From Candidatus Bathyarchaeum sp. (GTDB lineage: Archaea > Thermoproteota > Bathyarchaeia > Bathyarchaeales > Bathyarchaeaceae), in the NCBI GenBank assembly GCA_026014565.1, contig JAOZIB010000025.1:39022-103021 (forward strand): a stretch of 64,000 bases of DNA, in the 5' to 3' direction. The notes beneath the pieces are model-generated. The model saw only the letters and a list, made by a program, of their open reading frames with translations. It had not been told where the DNA came from and made no database searches. Below are positions 27,394 through 38,238 of this stretch, piece by piece (positions within the stretch are counted from its first letter, which is position 1; every line of letters starts with the position of its first letter). The position numbers were made by a program, and so were the translations under genes.

Positions 27394-29022
27394 ATGTCGT
27401 TTGAAATAATGGACAAGGATTTGTTGGGGCGTATAGGAAAATTTGAAACAAAAAGTGGGAAAGTAGAGACTCCGCTTCTGTTTCCAGTGATTAATCCAGG
27501 CATTCAACCGATTTCACCTAAAAAGTTACAAAATGAGTTTGGGTGCGAAGCCCTCATAACAAACGCTTACATTATTAACAAAAACTTCAAAGAAATTGCC
27601 GTTGAAAAAGGGTTACACAAATTTTTAGATTTTAACGGATCAATCATGACAGATTCTGGTGCGTATCAACTTCTTATTTACAAGGGAATTGAAACTACAC
27701 CAAAAAAAATTGTGCAATTCCAAGAAGCAATAGACACCGATATCGCCACAATCCTTGACATCCCCACGGGGTGGGGGGTTTCAAAAGAATATGCAAAATA
27801 TACAGTAACAGAAACAATCAAACGGGCCAAAGCTCTCAAAAAAATGAAATCACGTGATGAATTGGCTTGGGTTGGTCCGGTTCAAGGTGGACAATATCTA
27901 GATTTGATTGCTAAATCAGCAAAAGCAATGGGTAAACTGCCGTTTCAGGTTCATGCGTTGGGCAGTCCAACTCCAGTCATGGAGCAATACAAGTTTGATG
28001 TCCTGGTTGACATGATTGCTACCGCAAAGATGAATCTGCCGCCAGAACGTCCTCTTCATTTGTTTGGTGCGGGGCACCCCTTCATGTTTGCTTTGGCAGT
28101 AGCATTAGGATGTGATCTGTTTGATTCTGCGGCCTATGCCTTGTTTGCTCGTCAAGACCGTTACTTAACAGATTCAGGGACTAAAAGATTAAGTGAATTA
28201 GAATATTTTCCGTGTTCTTGTCCTGTGTGTAGTAAAACAGATCCTAAAACAGTTAGAGAACTTTCAAAAGATGAAAGACATCGCTTGCTTTCAGAGCACA
28301 ATCTTCATGTTAGTTTTGGTGAGTTACGACGAGTGAAACAAGCAATAACTGAAGGTAGACTCTGGGAACATATGGAAATGCGGGCATATGGTCATCCTTC
28401 CCTTCTTCAAGCATTAAAAAAGGTCAAAACATACAGTAATTATATTGAAAAACACAGCCCCGTCCATAAAAAAGGCGGAGTCTTCTTGTTTAATTCAACA
28501 AGTTTAGCTCGTCCAGAAGTGGTTCACTATCAAAAAAGGATTGTTAGTAGATACAATCCATCACAAGAAGCAAAACTTTTGTTGTTGTTACCTCAAACAA
28601 TCAAAAAACCATTCCACACGTCAAAAGAGCACGAAACATTACTACAAAACATTCATGAAAAAATGCCTGACAAAGTTGATTCAATCCATGTTTGCACATA
28701 TACTGCTCCCTTTGGTGTGGTGCCTACAGAACTTGATGATGTTTATCCTGTTTCACAAAGTATTATGACAGCTCCCTTTGATGATGAAACAATTTCAAAT
28801 GTAGCTCAACAGACACAAAATTACTTAATGGCTACAAATTACAAAAACGCAGTGCTTCTGAGAGAGCCAAAAGTTTGGAAAGGGAAAGTTTTGTCAGCAT
28901 GCAAGCGTGCCTGTAAAAAGAAACAGATTCCACTAGAGGTGGTGGAGGGAAAAGAGCCATGGGAAGAAAACAGTATTGCACACCTTATAGAAGTAATAAA
29001 TGAGATATTATCATCAGCGTAA
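27394..29022 (+). CDS. tgtA: Archaeosine tRNA-guanine transglycosylase
   Basis: MSFEIMDKDLLGRIGKFETKSGKVETPLLFPV, MTDSGAYQ, and a Zn site CSCPVC…H. Confidence 0.85.
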   Translation: MSFEIMDKDLLGRIGKFETKSGKVETPLLFPVINPGIQPISPKKLQNEFGCEALITNAYIINKNFKEIAVEKGLHKFLDFNGSIMTDSGAYQLLIYKGIETTPKKIVQFQEAIDTDIATILDIPTGWGVSKEYAKYTVTETIKRAKALKKMKSRDELAWVGPVQGGQYLDLIAKSAKAMGKLPFQVHALGSPTPVMEQYKFDVLVDMIATAKMNLPPERPLHLFGAGHPFMFALAVALGCDLFDSAAYALFARQDRYLTDSGTKRLSELEYFPCSCPVCSKTDPKTVRELSKDERHRLLSEHNLHVSFGELRRVKQAITEGRLWEHMEMRAYGHPSLLQALKKVKTYSNYIEKHSPVHKKGGVFLFNSTSLARPEVVHYQKRIVSRYNPSQEAKLLLLLPQTIKKPFHTSKEHETLLQNIHEKMPDKVDSIHVCTYTAPFGVVPTELDDVYPVSQSIMTAPFDDETISNVAQQTQNYLMATNYKNAVLLREPKVWKGKVLSACKRACKKKQIPLEVVEGKEPWEENSIAHLIEVINEILSSA

Positions 29023-29164
29023 ACTAACCGTTACAGTTTTTGGGAAATTAACAGCATTCGATAATAGAACATTGATAAAAAAAAGTCACTGTTTAAATGA
29101 TAGTGTGTAAATAAACCAGTTAATATTCCAATTATTAACATTAAATTACGAGGATGAAAAGGCA

Positions 29165-30421
29165 ATGGAACTCAAGTTTCTTGGAAGTGCAAGAGAAGTA
29201 GGCAGAGCAGGCATCGCAGTAAAATCAGAAAAAAACCAATTGTTACTAGATTACGGAGTAATGTTCGGTGAAGAACCCGGATTTCCAATGCATATTCCAC
29301 CAAAAGATGTAGACGCATTGGTATTGACCCATAGTCATCTGGACCACTCAGGTGGAATTCCACATTTTCACATACAAGACAAAAAACCCGTCTACGGTAC
29401 ACAATTAACCTTTGATCTTAGCAAGCCGTTGATTTCAGACTTCATTCGTTTGTCCGGTTATTACCTATCTTTTGAGTTCCTTGAATTAGAAGCAATGATG
29501 AAAAACAGTATTCATCTTGATTTCCGAAAAGAAAAAACAATTGGGGACATGAAGTTTCAGCTTCTCAACTCGGGGCATTTACCAGGAGGCGCTCAGGTTC
29601 TAATAGATGCAGATGGAAAACGGTTAGTTTACACGGGAGATTATAACGCCATAGATACCCAGCTTCTTGCAGGTGCAGACCGGAATTATGGTGACCTTGA
29701 TGGAATAATTATTGAAAGCACATACGCCAATGAAGTTCATCCCGACCGAAAAGAGATAGAAAAAGAGTTCATGGACTACGTGAACGGTGTTGTAGAAAAG
29801 GGTGGAACTGCGTTAATTCCTGCTTTTAGTGTTGGACGATCCCAAGAAATAGCATGTGTTTTAGCAGCGCACCATTTTGAGTATCCTGTCGTTATGGATG
29901 GCATGGCAAGGGAAGCAAACCGGATAATGTTAAATCATGCATCATACATGCGAGACCCAAAATTGTTCAAAAAAGCCCTCGGGGACGCAATTTGGGTAGA
30001 AGGGTGGAAAGACCGTAGAAGACTTGCAAGTAAACCAGGAGCAATAATTTCTCCTGCAGGCATGCTGAAAGGAGGACCAGCAGCCTTTTACATACAAAAA
30101 GTCGGCAAGAAAAAGAAAAATGGTGTGTTCCTTGTTGGGTATCAGATTCCAGGTACTCCAGGTCGTCAGTTGCTTGATGAAGGCAAATGCATAATTGATG
30201 ATAAAGTACAAAACGTAAAAGCTCAAGTGAAAAAGTTTGATTTTTCATCCCACAGTGGAGCTAACGAACTAAAAGGTGCAGTTAAAGACCTCAAAGGAAA
30301 TCCAAAAGTGTATGTAGTCCACGGTGAGCCAGAAACATGTGAAATGTTTGCTGAATGGATAAACACTGAAGTTGGACTGGAAGCTGTTGCACCCAAAACA
30401 GGTGAAAAGTTCACAGTATAA
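29165..30421 (+). CDS. Beta-CASP metallo-beta-lactamase RNase (aCPSF2-like, no KH domains)
   Basis: HSHLDHSGG motif, beta-CASP region, and a C-terminal VHGE motif. Confidence 0.8.
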   Translation: MELKFLGSAREVGRAGIAVKSEKNQLLLDYGVMFGEEPGFPMHIPPKDVDALVLTHSHLDHSGGIPHFHIQDKKPVYGTQLTFDLSKPLISDFIRLSGYYLSFEFLELEAMMKNSIHLDFRKEKTIGDMKFQLLNSGHLPGGAQVLIDADGKRLVYTGDYNAIDTQLLAGADRNYGDLDGIIIESTYANEVHPDRKEIEKEFMDYVNGVVEKGGTALIPAFSVGRSQEIACVLAAHHFEYPVVMDGMAREANRIMLNHASYMRDPKLFKKALGDAIWVEGWKDRRRLASKPGAIISPAGMLKGGPAAFYIQKVGKKKKNGVFLVGYQIPGTPGRQLLDEGKCIIDDKVQNVKAQVKKFDFSSHSGANELKGAVKDLKGNPKVYVVHGEPETCEMFAEWINTEVGLEAVAPKTGEKFTV

Positions 30422-30509
30422 AAGCCAAAAACATAGCTTTTTGGTTTCTATGCTTGTGGATAGATTAATCAATAGTGAAACTGTTTTATTGTAGAATATT
30501 AATCGTGTT

Positions 30510-31718
30510 GTGGTCATACCGTTGAAAATTACCGACCGAGTCCAGAATCTTGAGTACGCAATTCGCGATGTTGTAGGTCATGCCAAGTACCTAGAAAAGA
30601 ATGGAAAAAAAATGATTTATCTAAACATCGGCGACCCCCTTCAGTTTGATTTTCGGACACCAGACCACATTAAAGAAGCATTAATTGAAGCAGTTAACGA
30701 CGAAAAAAACTCGTATTCTCCTTCTGAAGGAATCCCTGAACTCTTAGACGCAATTTGTGAAAAGGAAAAACGAGTGGGAAAATTTGATGTTTTACCAGAA
30801 AACGTGTTGGTTTCTAATGGGGTTTCTGAAGCAATTCAAATGGTTCTAGGGGCGATAGTTGATTCAGGAGATGAAATTTTAGTTCCTGGACCAGCATATC
30901 CACCTTATATCTCATATACTGAGTTTTTTGGTGGAAAAGCAATCCAATACAAAACAAATGAAGATGACGCCTGGCAACCAGATTTAGATGATGTGAGGTC
31001 CAAAATTACGGAAAATACTCGAGCGATTGTTATTATTAATCCTAACAATCCTTGTGGTGCATTATATGACCGCAAAACAGTCAAAGAAATGGTTGATGTA
31101 GCGGGAGAGCATGACATACCAATCATTTCTGATGAAATTTATGACCAACTCGCATATGACGAAATAGTTAGCACAGCAAACGTGTCAAAAGATGTTACGG
31201 TTATCGGTCTTAATGGCTTTTCCAAAGTTTATTTGATGACTGGTTGGCGTCTTGGTTACATGTATTTTACTGGACAAAATGAACAAGCATTAACAGATTT
31301 ACGAGAATACATCATAAAAGAGGCAAGAATAAGGCTCTCAGCAAACACTCCAGTTCAAAAAGCAGCAGTTGCAGCCTTACAGGGACCGCAAGAATACATA
31401 GTTGACATGGTAAAGAAGCTAGAAGAAAGGCGTGATTATTCTTTCAAACGCCTCAACGAAATCGAGGGCATCACCTGTGCTAAACCGAGTGGCGCATTCT
31501 ATTTCTTCCCAAAGGTGGAAGGAATTGGTTCCCAATGGGCAAACGATATGGAGTTTGTTCGTGACTTGATAGACGAAACTGGAATAGTTTTTGTTCACGG
31601 GTCAGGCTTTGGCTCAAAATACGGTTCAGGACACTTCAGAGGAGTATTTTTGCCCCCACTTGAAATTCTTGAAGAAAGCTTTGATCGTTTTGGCAAGTTC
31701 ATGAAATCCAAAAAATAA
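30510..31718 (+). CDS. Class I/II PLP-dependent aminotransferase (alanine/aspartate aminotransferase-like)
   Basis: NPNNPCG plus the PLP-lysine motif GFSKVYLMTGWRLGY. Confidence 0.85.
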   Translation: MVIPLKITDRVQNLEYAIRDVVGHAKYLEKNGKKMIYLNIGDPLQFDFRTPDHIKEALIEAVNDEKNSYSPSEGIPELLDAICEKEKRVGKFDVLPENVLVSNGVSEAIQMVLGAIVDSGDEILVPGPAYPPYISYTEFFGGKAIQYKTNEDDAWQPDLDDVRSKITENTRAIVIINPNNPCGALYDRKTVKEMVDVAGEHDIPIISDEIYDQLAYDEIVSTANVSKDVTVIGLNGFSKVYLMTGWRLGYMYFTGQNEQALTDLREYIIKEARIRLSANTPVQKAAVAALQGPQEYIVDMVKKLEERRDYSFKRLNEIEGITCAKPSGAFYFFPKVEGIGSQWANDMEFVRDLIDETGIVFVHGSGFGSKYGSGHFRGVFLPPLEILEESFDRFGKFMKSKK

Positions 31719-31761
31719 CAATTTCGGCAACTTTTTATTTTCTAAATCCCTTCATTTTTAG

Positions 31762-32280
31762 TTGGGGTTTTGTTTGGAACTTTTTGATGCAATAAAAAAC
31801 AGACGCAGTATTCGAAAGTATCAAGATACTGCAGTTGAAAAAGAAAAAATCATGAAGGTTTTGGAGGCTGCTCGTCTTGCTCAGTCGGCAGCGAATCGTC
31901 AACCGTATGGGTTTGTTGTGATAACAGACAAAAAGACAATAAAAAAAATTAGTTCTGCTACATATCAGGAATGGGTTGCTCCAGTGATGATTGTATTGTG
32001 TGCTAATCCAAAGGAATCTTGGGTAAGAAAGGATAAAGAAGAATTCTGGAAAGTTGATGCAGGTTTAACTATGCAAAATTTGTCCTTGGCAGCATATGCC
32101 GAAGGTTTAGGAACATGTTGGATAGCAGCCTTTGATGAAGAAAAAACAAAATCAATTTTGGGGATTAAAAACCCCATTCATGTGGTTACAATGACTCCTT
32201 TGGGCTATCCTGATGAAAAAAAGGGTCCAATTACAGAGCGAAAATCCATTGAGGAACTAATACATTACGAAAAATGGTAA
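31762..32280 (+). CDS. Nitroreductase family protein
   Basis: AIKNRRSIRKY N-terminal motif. The likely start is the TTG at 31774. Confidence 0.8.
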   Translation: MGFCLELFDAIKNRRSIRKYQDTAVEKEKIMKVLEAARLAQSAANRQPYGFVVITDKKTIKKISSATYQEWVAPVMIVLCANPKESWVRKDKEEFWKVDAGLTMQNLSLAAYAEGLGTCWIAAFDEEKTKSILGIKNPIHVVTMTPLGYPDEKKGPITERKSIEELIHYEKW

Positions 32281-32301
32281 TGTTTTGGAGATTAAAAAAA
32301 G

Positions 32302-32763
32302 GTGGATAAAACTAAAGCACCAGATTTTTGTTTGCAAAACCAAGAAGACAAAAAAGTCTGTCTTACAGATTACAAAGGAAAATGGGTCATCTTATACTTT
32401 TATCCAAAAGACAACTCCAAAACTTGTACATTAGAAGCGGTTGATTTCACTGACAACTTGAAACAGTTTGAAGAACTGGACACAATTGTTATCGGAGTAA
32501 GCCCAGATTCAGTAAAAAGTCACAAAAATTTTGCATCCAAACATAACTTGAATATCATACTTTTGAGCGATCCAGAACATCAAGTTCTTGAACAATACAA
32601 GGTTTGGAAACTAAAGAAAATGTATGGACGAAAATACATGGGCGTGGAACGTAGCACGTTCATCATCGATCCTGAGGGCTACATTTGCGAAGAATACAGA
32701 AAAGTTCGAGTTAAGGGCCATGTTGAAGCGATTAAACAACGAATAATAGAATTAAAGCAATAA
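32302..32763 (+). CDS. bcp: Peroxiredoxin (Bcp-type thiol peroxidase)
   Basis: WVILYFYPKDNSKTCTLEA active-site region. Confidence 0.85.
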   Translation: MDKTKAPDFCLQNQEDKKVCLTDYKGKWVILYFYPKDNSKTCTLEAVDFTDNLKQFEELDTIVIGVSPDSVKSHKNFASKHNLNIILLSDPEHQVLEQYKVWKLKKMYGRKYMGVERSTFIIDPEGYICEEYRKVRVKGHVEAIKQRIIELKQ

Positions 32764-33305
32764 ATTAGCTATCCTTGCGGGGTATCGTTTCCAAGCATCA
32801 GGACATTACTTACACTTTTTACGTAAACGATCATATTAATCGATTGTCTAACCTCAAGATCTGCCCAACTGATTAATTCAGTTTTATTTTGACAGTTTTC
32901 GTCCCAATAAATTTCATCAACTGTTTTTATTGTTACAAAACTGGTAAACGAATGTCAGATCCAAAGTTAATCAAAAGTATTGAAACTAAATGTGTAATGC
33001 CAGTTGTCAAGACTACGAAAATAATTACCAAGCAAAGTCTGTTTTGATAAAACGGGAAAAGAGTGTTGCAACAACATTTTTGTTGTGAACATCCTTTTTT
33101 GCATTGAAGCTTATCAGTTATTAAAACCGACACCTAATTGGGGGTTACAACCAAAATGAAGTGTAATAAATTCATCTCGTTGTTAGTTTATAAGCATGCA
33201 AAAATTTTGACAAACTAGGGTAATGTAAACAAAACCTATTATCATAAACTAATTAAGTTACTGTCAACCAATTGGCAAAATACAAATAACATAAAGGTAA
33301 AATCA

Positions 33306-34256
33306 ATGGGAACAAGCCAATTTTCAGAGAAAGCTGATTACATTTCTCGATGCTTAGAACTTGCGATTCTTTTTGAAGTAAGTGGTTATCCGAAACCAGG
33401 AAACATCCACAGAACAGCAGACTTTTCAGAAACCACATTCGAACATTTCCTAGCATCAGCTGTTGCTATAGCTCCATCATTTAGAAAGGCAGCAGAACAA
33501 GGAATAAAATTTTTGAAGGGAAAAATTGAAGCTTCAGAACTGGGCATTGGTTTTGTAATTAAAGACGCAGTTAAAAGAATGCTATCTAGCCAAAACGGAG
33601 GTAACACGTTGTTAGGTGCAATCATTATTCTTGCTCCTATAGCCACAGCAGCAGGGATGACAAATGAAAAAATGTCATTACCTGAAGTTAGAAAAAACAT
33701 CAAATTGGTTGTTGAGTCAACCACTCCTGAAGATGCAATACAAACCTATGATGCCATTGCGCTTGTCAGTCCAGGCGGGTTGAATAAATCTAAACAGTTA
33801 GATGTAAACGATTCAACATCTAAAAAGAAAATTGTAGAGCAACAAATAACGTTGTTTGACACCTTCAAAATTGCATCATCTTATGATTCAATTGCCTACG
33901 AGTGGGTGAACAATTATCCGATCACCTTTGATTTGGGGTATCCATATTTCGTTAAAGAACTAGAAAAAAAGGGTAACTTAAACACTGCTACAGTTCATTC
34001 TTTCTTGAAAATTCTATCAGAAGTTCCAGACACATTCATTTCTCGAAAAGTAGGTCAAGAAAAAGCTGAAAAAATTTCAATAGAAGCAAAAAATGTGCTA
34101 AAACAGGGCGGGTTATCAACTTCAAATGGAAAACAGCTGTTATTAGAATTTGACAAAAATCTTAGAGCCCCAAAAAATGATTTGAGCCCGGGAACAACAG
34201 CGGATATAACAGAGGCAGTTTTGGCTCTCAATAATTTAACTGGATACATCCCGTAA
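33306..34256 (+). CDS. Triphosphoribosyl-dephospho-CoA synthase (CitG/MdcB) family protein
   Basis: EVSGYPKPGNIHRTADF…FEHFLASAVAIAP, then GGNTLLGAIIILAP. Confidence 0.7.
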   Translation: MGTSQFSEKADYISRCLELAILFEVSGYPKPGNIHRTADFSETTFEHFLASAVAIAPSFRKAAEQGIKFLKGKIEASELGIGFVIKDAVKRMLSSQNGGNTLLGAIIILAPIATAAGMTNEKMSLPEVRKNIKLVVESTTPEDAIQTYDAIALVSPGGLNKSKQLDVNDSTSKKKIVEQQITLFDTFKIASSYDSIAYEWVNNYPITFDLGYPYFVKELEKKGNLNTATVHSFLKILSEVPDTFISRKVGQEKAEKISIEAKNVLKQGGLSTSNGKQLLLEFDKNLRAPKNDLSPGTTADITEAVLALNNLTGYIP

Positions 34257-34397
34257 CAAGTGTGTTTCGGGTTGTAAAGAAGTAAATACTAAATTTCTTT
34301 TTTTGTGGCTCACTTTATATCAGAGTGTTACATAAAAAATGCAAAGCTTCGCTGTAGATGCTCCACAAGAGGATTCACATAAACGGAGAGAAAACTA

Positions 34398-35894
34398 ATG
34401 GAAGATTTGAGTGACTCAGGACCAAAACGATTGATTTCAGGGGGAGCTTGGTTCTTGGCGCTCATGATTCTGAGCGGCGTATTTTGGTTTGTCTTGGGAA
34501 TTCAGATCACAAATTACTACGGTCCTGCAGGTTTTGGATTATTCAACACAGCATATTCAACTTTTGATTTTATGTGGGCACTCATTTTTGGGGGACTCTT
34601 TGAGGGATTGATTCATTTTGGTGCCTGCCATTTAGCTGAAAAAAAAGAGGATGTTTCTCAGTATTTCGCAAAATATGTAAGGTATCTCACATCAATTAGC
34701 GTTATAATGTTTATCGTTTTAACCATTTTATCGTTTCAAATTTCAGATATTATCTACCGGACAATGGTTCTTTCATTGGGTGTTGCGTTCTTGTTCTCAG
34801 GAACAAAAGATGCATTGTCATCCATAAGCGGGTCGTTACATAACAGCAAACAACTTTCAATAACTCAATCTTTTGGATTTTATGTGGTTTCAATAATTGG
34901 CATAATATTTACAGTAATGAATGTTCCACAGGAACTATTACCGGTACTTGTGATATTTACGCCAATCTCCCAGTTAATTATCTGTATGTATTTTTTGAGA
35001 CCATACCTCAAGGATTTGGTCCGGTATAATGTAGACTGTTTTAAAAACAAAAATATCAAAGACTCCATTATCCATGATATTAAAGATTTTAAACAAATTT
35101 TCGTTTTTGGTTTTTCGATATCAGTGGGTAAAATATCTTTTATGATAATGAAGAGTCTGGACATTCCTTTGCTCAATTTGTTTTTTGATTATTCGGATGT
35201 AGGAGTATACAGTGTAGCAGATACCATATCCAGTGTTTTGTTCATGATGACAGCATTTTCCTTACCAATCATTTCTTCTGTTTCTGAAGCATGGACCAAA
35301 AAAGACGACGTTTTATTAGAAAAATATGTGAAAATTTCAATAAAGTATCCCCTCATTATTGGATTGCCGTTAACAATAATTATTTTTGCATTAGCTGAAC
35401 ATATCGTCCTATTATATAGCAGTGCAGCCCAAGCAGCAGCAGTACCCCTTCAAATTCTTATCATTGGAACTTTTCTTCTGATGTTTGGAAAAACATTGTC
35501 ATCAATACTTATTGGAATTGGAAAACCCAAACTATCCGGAACATTACTTGCAGTTGCTGCTATACAGTATCTTGTTTCATTGTTTGTTTTTGTTCCAATG
35601 TTTGGTCTGAATGGAGCCGCAATTTCTTTGACCCTCACAGGAGTAACATCTTTAATATTAATTCCATATTTTATTCACCGAAACCTAAAAGTCGACGTTT
35701 ATTCAGGAATTCCAAAAGTCATCGCATCAGGAATCGTAATGGCAATAATCATTCTGCTTTTCCCAAAAACTAACCTACTATATCTAATCCTAGGAGTAAT
35801 AGTAAGTGTTGCAGTCTATGGAGTTTTGATATACTACTCAAAATACCTAACTCAAGAAGACATCAAAATTCTAAGAAGCTCAAGAGAAGAATAA
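34398..35894 (+). CDS. MOP-superfamily polysaccharide/oligosaccharide flippase
   Basis: 498 aa with 12-14 TM helices in a Wzx-like layout. Confidence 0.7.
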   Translation: MEDLSDSGPKRLISGGAWFLALMILSGVFWFVLGIQITNYYGPAGFGLFNTAYSTFDFMWALIFGGLFEGLIHFGACHLAEKKEDVSQYFAKYVRYLTSISVIMFIVLTILSFQISDIIYRTMVLSLGVAFLFSGTKDALSSISGSLHNSKQLSITQSFGFYVVSIIGIIFTVMNVPQELLPVLVIFTPISQLIICMYFLRPYLKDLVRYNVDCFKNKNIKDSIIHDIKDFKQIFVFGFSISVGKISFMIMKSLDIPLLNLFFDYSDVGVYSVADTISSVLFMMTAFSLPIISSVSEAWTKKDDVLLEKYVKISIKYPLIIGLPLTIIIFALAEHIVLLYSSAAQAAAVPLQILIIGTFLLMFGKTLSSILIGIGKPKLSGTLLAVAAIQYLVSLFVFVPMFGLNGAAISLTLTGVTSLILIPYFIHRNLKVDVYSGIPKVIASGIVMAIIILLFPKTNLLYLILGVIVSVAVYGVLIYYSKYLTQEDIKILRSSREE

Positions 35895-36139
35895 TTTTTA
35901 GTTAAACCTAGAGAGTTTAGTAAATTTAATGTTACTAAAAAAATAAAAAGGGGAAGGGGGATTTGTTGGTTAACGACATGTTATTGGCAAGAGGCATTCA
36001 AACTTTTGTGCCGTTCTGGGATTCAGAGAGAAACCTTTGTCACATGGAGAGAAAGAGATTCTCAACAGATTCGAGAGGAATTGTTAAATCTCTGAATCTT
36101 TCCAAGAGCACTATTAGTTTGATGCACCTCTTTTCCAAT

Positions 36140-37348
36140 TTATAGGGCTTTGAACGCTTCAGACCATTCTTTGTATGTTGAAAGAACCCGAGGTGATACG
36201 CTGGGCTTTCTGTCAGCCAAGATATTCTTGAAGTCTTCAATTGAAAGAGGCCTAGGTTTTGCATGTTTGTCGCTTGCTTTGCCAGAGTCAAATAATTCGC
36301 CTATAACCCGAAGGTGCGCAGATTGACAAATGTCACGTATGTCACTGCCAGAAAATCCTGCAGCTAGACGTGCAAATTCGTCAAGGTCCATCTTAGGTGA
36401 GAGGTTTAGATGGTTTGTGTAAAGTTTCAGCAGATGTAGTCGAGCATCATAATCAGGTAAGGGAACCATAATTCGTTTTTGGAATCTTCGGATAAATGGC
36501 CAATCTAACGCCCATGGTTTGTTGGTTGCACCAATTACGTAAACGTGAAGTTTTTTGCCCTTGTCCATAACGCCGTCCATTTCCTTAAGGAACTGGTTGC
36601 GAACACGGGTCTCTCCACCAACTTCGTTGGAGTGCATGCCAATCAATGAGTCTAGTTCGTCGATAAACAATATTGCTGGTTTACCCTTTTTGGCTGTGTT
36701 TCTTGCTTGGTTGAAAAGTTTGGCCACATTTCGTTCGGCTTCGCCTAACCATTTGGACATTACTGATGCTGCGTCTACAGAAACGAACGCTCCGTCAATT
36801 TCTGTTGCTACTGCAGCAGCCAGCAATGTTTTACCACATCCAGGTGGACCAAACAAGAGAATTCCTCGTGGCCAGCCCAATGGGAATAGGTCAGGGCGTT
36901 CAACGGGGTAGACTATTGCTTCTTTGATTGCTTTTTTAGCGATTTCTAGACCAACTACTTCTTCCCATTTTACGTTGGGTTTTTCTTGTAATACTAGTTC
37001 GTCGTAGCTTGACTTGTCTTCTGGTGCACCAGCACCAGGCCTGGATGGTTCAGCGGGACCTTTTGGCACTTCTTCAGTGCGTTCGTATTGTTGCGGGGCA
37101 TAACCGTTGATTGGTTGAACGGGTGCGCCTCCTTGGAGGGCTTTTATCCGTTCTTGGTAAGCTTGTGCACGTTGAATGTAAACCGAGTTAAGTCCATAAT
37201 TCGGGTATAACCTTACAAGTTTCAAAAGAGTCGAGATACCTTTTTGGTACATTGTAATGGCCATGCCTTTGGAACCTTGGTTGTCAAGGCGTACGGCTTC
37301 TAAAGCGTATTTTGTTGCTGCTTGTTCAAGTTCCTCAGAAGCACTCAT
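36140..37348 (-). CDS. cdvC: Vps4-like AAA ATPase CdvC (MIT domain plus AAA+)
   Basis: N-terminal MIT helices, Walker A GPPGCGKTLLA, Walker B ILFIDELDS. I prefer the ATG at 37348 (GTGAT plus 4 nt upstream) over the track's GTG at 37357. Confidence 0.92.
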   Translation of the reverse strand: MSASEELEQAATKYALEAVRLDNQGSKGMAITMYQKGISTLLKLVRLYPNYGLNSVYIQRAQAYQERIKALQGGAPVQPINGYAPQQYERTEEVPKGPAEPSRPGAGAPEDKSSYDELVLQEKPNVKWEEVVGLEIAKKAIKEAIVYPVERPDLFPLGWPRGILLFGPPGCGKTLLAAAVATEIDGAFVSVDAASVMSKWLGEAERNVAKLFNQARNTAKKGKPAILFIDELDSLIGMHSNEVGGETRVRNQFLKEMDGVMDKGKKLHVYVIGATNKPWALDWPFIRRFQKRIMVPLPDYDARLHLLKLYTNHLNLSPKMDLDEFARLAAGFSGSDIRDICQSAHLRVIGELFDSGKASDKHAKPRPLSIEDFKNILADRKPSVSPRVLSTYKEWSEAFKAL

Positions 37349-37353
37349 GTGAA

Positions 37354-38238
37354 TCACGACGCAATCTTGATTTTACCTTTTACACCCAGAGTTTCTAAAG
37401 CTTTTTCAATTTCCCCACAGGCAACTTGCAAGTCGTTGGCACATTCGCCAATGTCTAGGTTGCCTGCTTTACGTTTTGCATACTCCAAAACAGATTCTTC
37501 TAGGTCATCTTTGGCAGCTGACCATGTGATAGTTTCCGTTTCAGTTTGTTTAAAGGATGAAAAACCACTAGGGAAAAATTCTGTTTCAGATTCTTCTGGG
37601 CCAGAAGCTGTGAGGGCAACCATTTGTCGTGGTTGTTCTACTCTTTGAGGTTGAAGTTGGGGTTGAGGCGCTGCAATCACTGGAGAAGTTGGAGGAACAG
37701 GAAGTTTATCTGTAATTTGTTCCTCCAAGAATTCTGCGACTTCTGCAAGAACTTCTTCGCCACCTTCAGTTTTAATGTCAGTGGGCACTTCCATCTTTGC
37801 AGAGTCGATTTTAGACATTGTCATGACCTCAAAGATTGTTTCGTTAACCCTTTCCATTTCCACAGCCATTTGTGGCATGAACGCACTAAGTCCTTTTGTT
37901 ACAGATTGCAAGTTATGAAGAACTGGTTTCAAGTCAGAGAATGCTGAGTTAAATTCTTTGAGTGTTTCTAGACGTAAGATGATTCGTTCCACTAGTATCT
38001 GAGTGTGATAGATTACTTTAGTTAGTTTTCTTAGCTCAGCCAGTTCGGTTGCAAATATTGTTGCACGTTCAGTGTTTTTTGCTTCTAATGCTGAGGCACA
38101 AGTTTTGAAGAGGATTTTATCTCTTCGCGTCAGTTTAATGACGACTTGACCGAGTTTTAGCTGTTGAGCTTTTAGTTTTGGTACTGCTTCAACAACTATC
38201 TTCTCAAACTGGGGAGAAGAACGAAAAGGATTTTTTAT
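37354..38238 (-). CDS. cdvB: CdvB: ESCRT-III core plus C-terminal winged-helix domain, with apparent non-canonical start
   Basis: The track ORF starts at GTG 37992. The frame is open back to the TAG at 38257-38259 and encodes …PKLKAQQLKLGQVVIKLTRRDKILFKTCASALEAKNTERATIFATELAELRKLTKVIYHTQIL. This is collinear with helices 1-2 of the other two ESCRT-III paralogs. That stretch has no ATG/GTG/TTG. A GAGGGA box lies 6 nt before ATA at 38238. KLPVPP is MIM2-like. The C-terminal wH-like segment is LEYAKRKAGNLDIGECANDLQVACGEIEKALETLGVKGKIKI. Confidence 0.8.
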   Translation of the reverse strand: MKNPFRSSPQFEKIVVEAVPKLKAQQLKLGQVVIKLTRRDKILFKTCASALEAKNTERATIFATELAELRKLTKVIYHTQILVERIILRLETLKEFNSAFSDLKPVLHNLQSVTKGLSAFMPQMAVEMERVNETIFEVMTMSKIDSAKMEVPTDIKTEGGEEVLAEVAEFLEEQITDKLPVPPTSPVIAAPQPQLQPQRVEQPRQMVALTASGPEESETEFFPSGFSSFKQTETETITWSAAKDDLEESVLEYAKRKAGNLDIGECANDLQVACGEIEKALETLGVKGKIKIAS

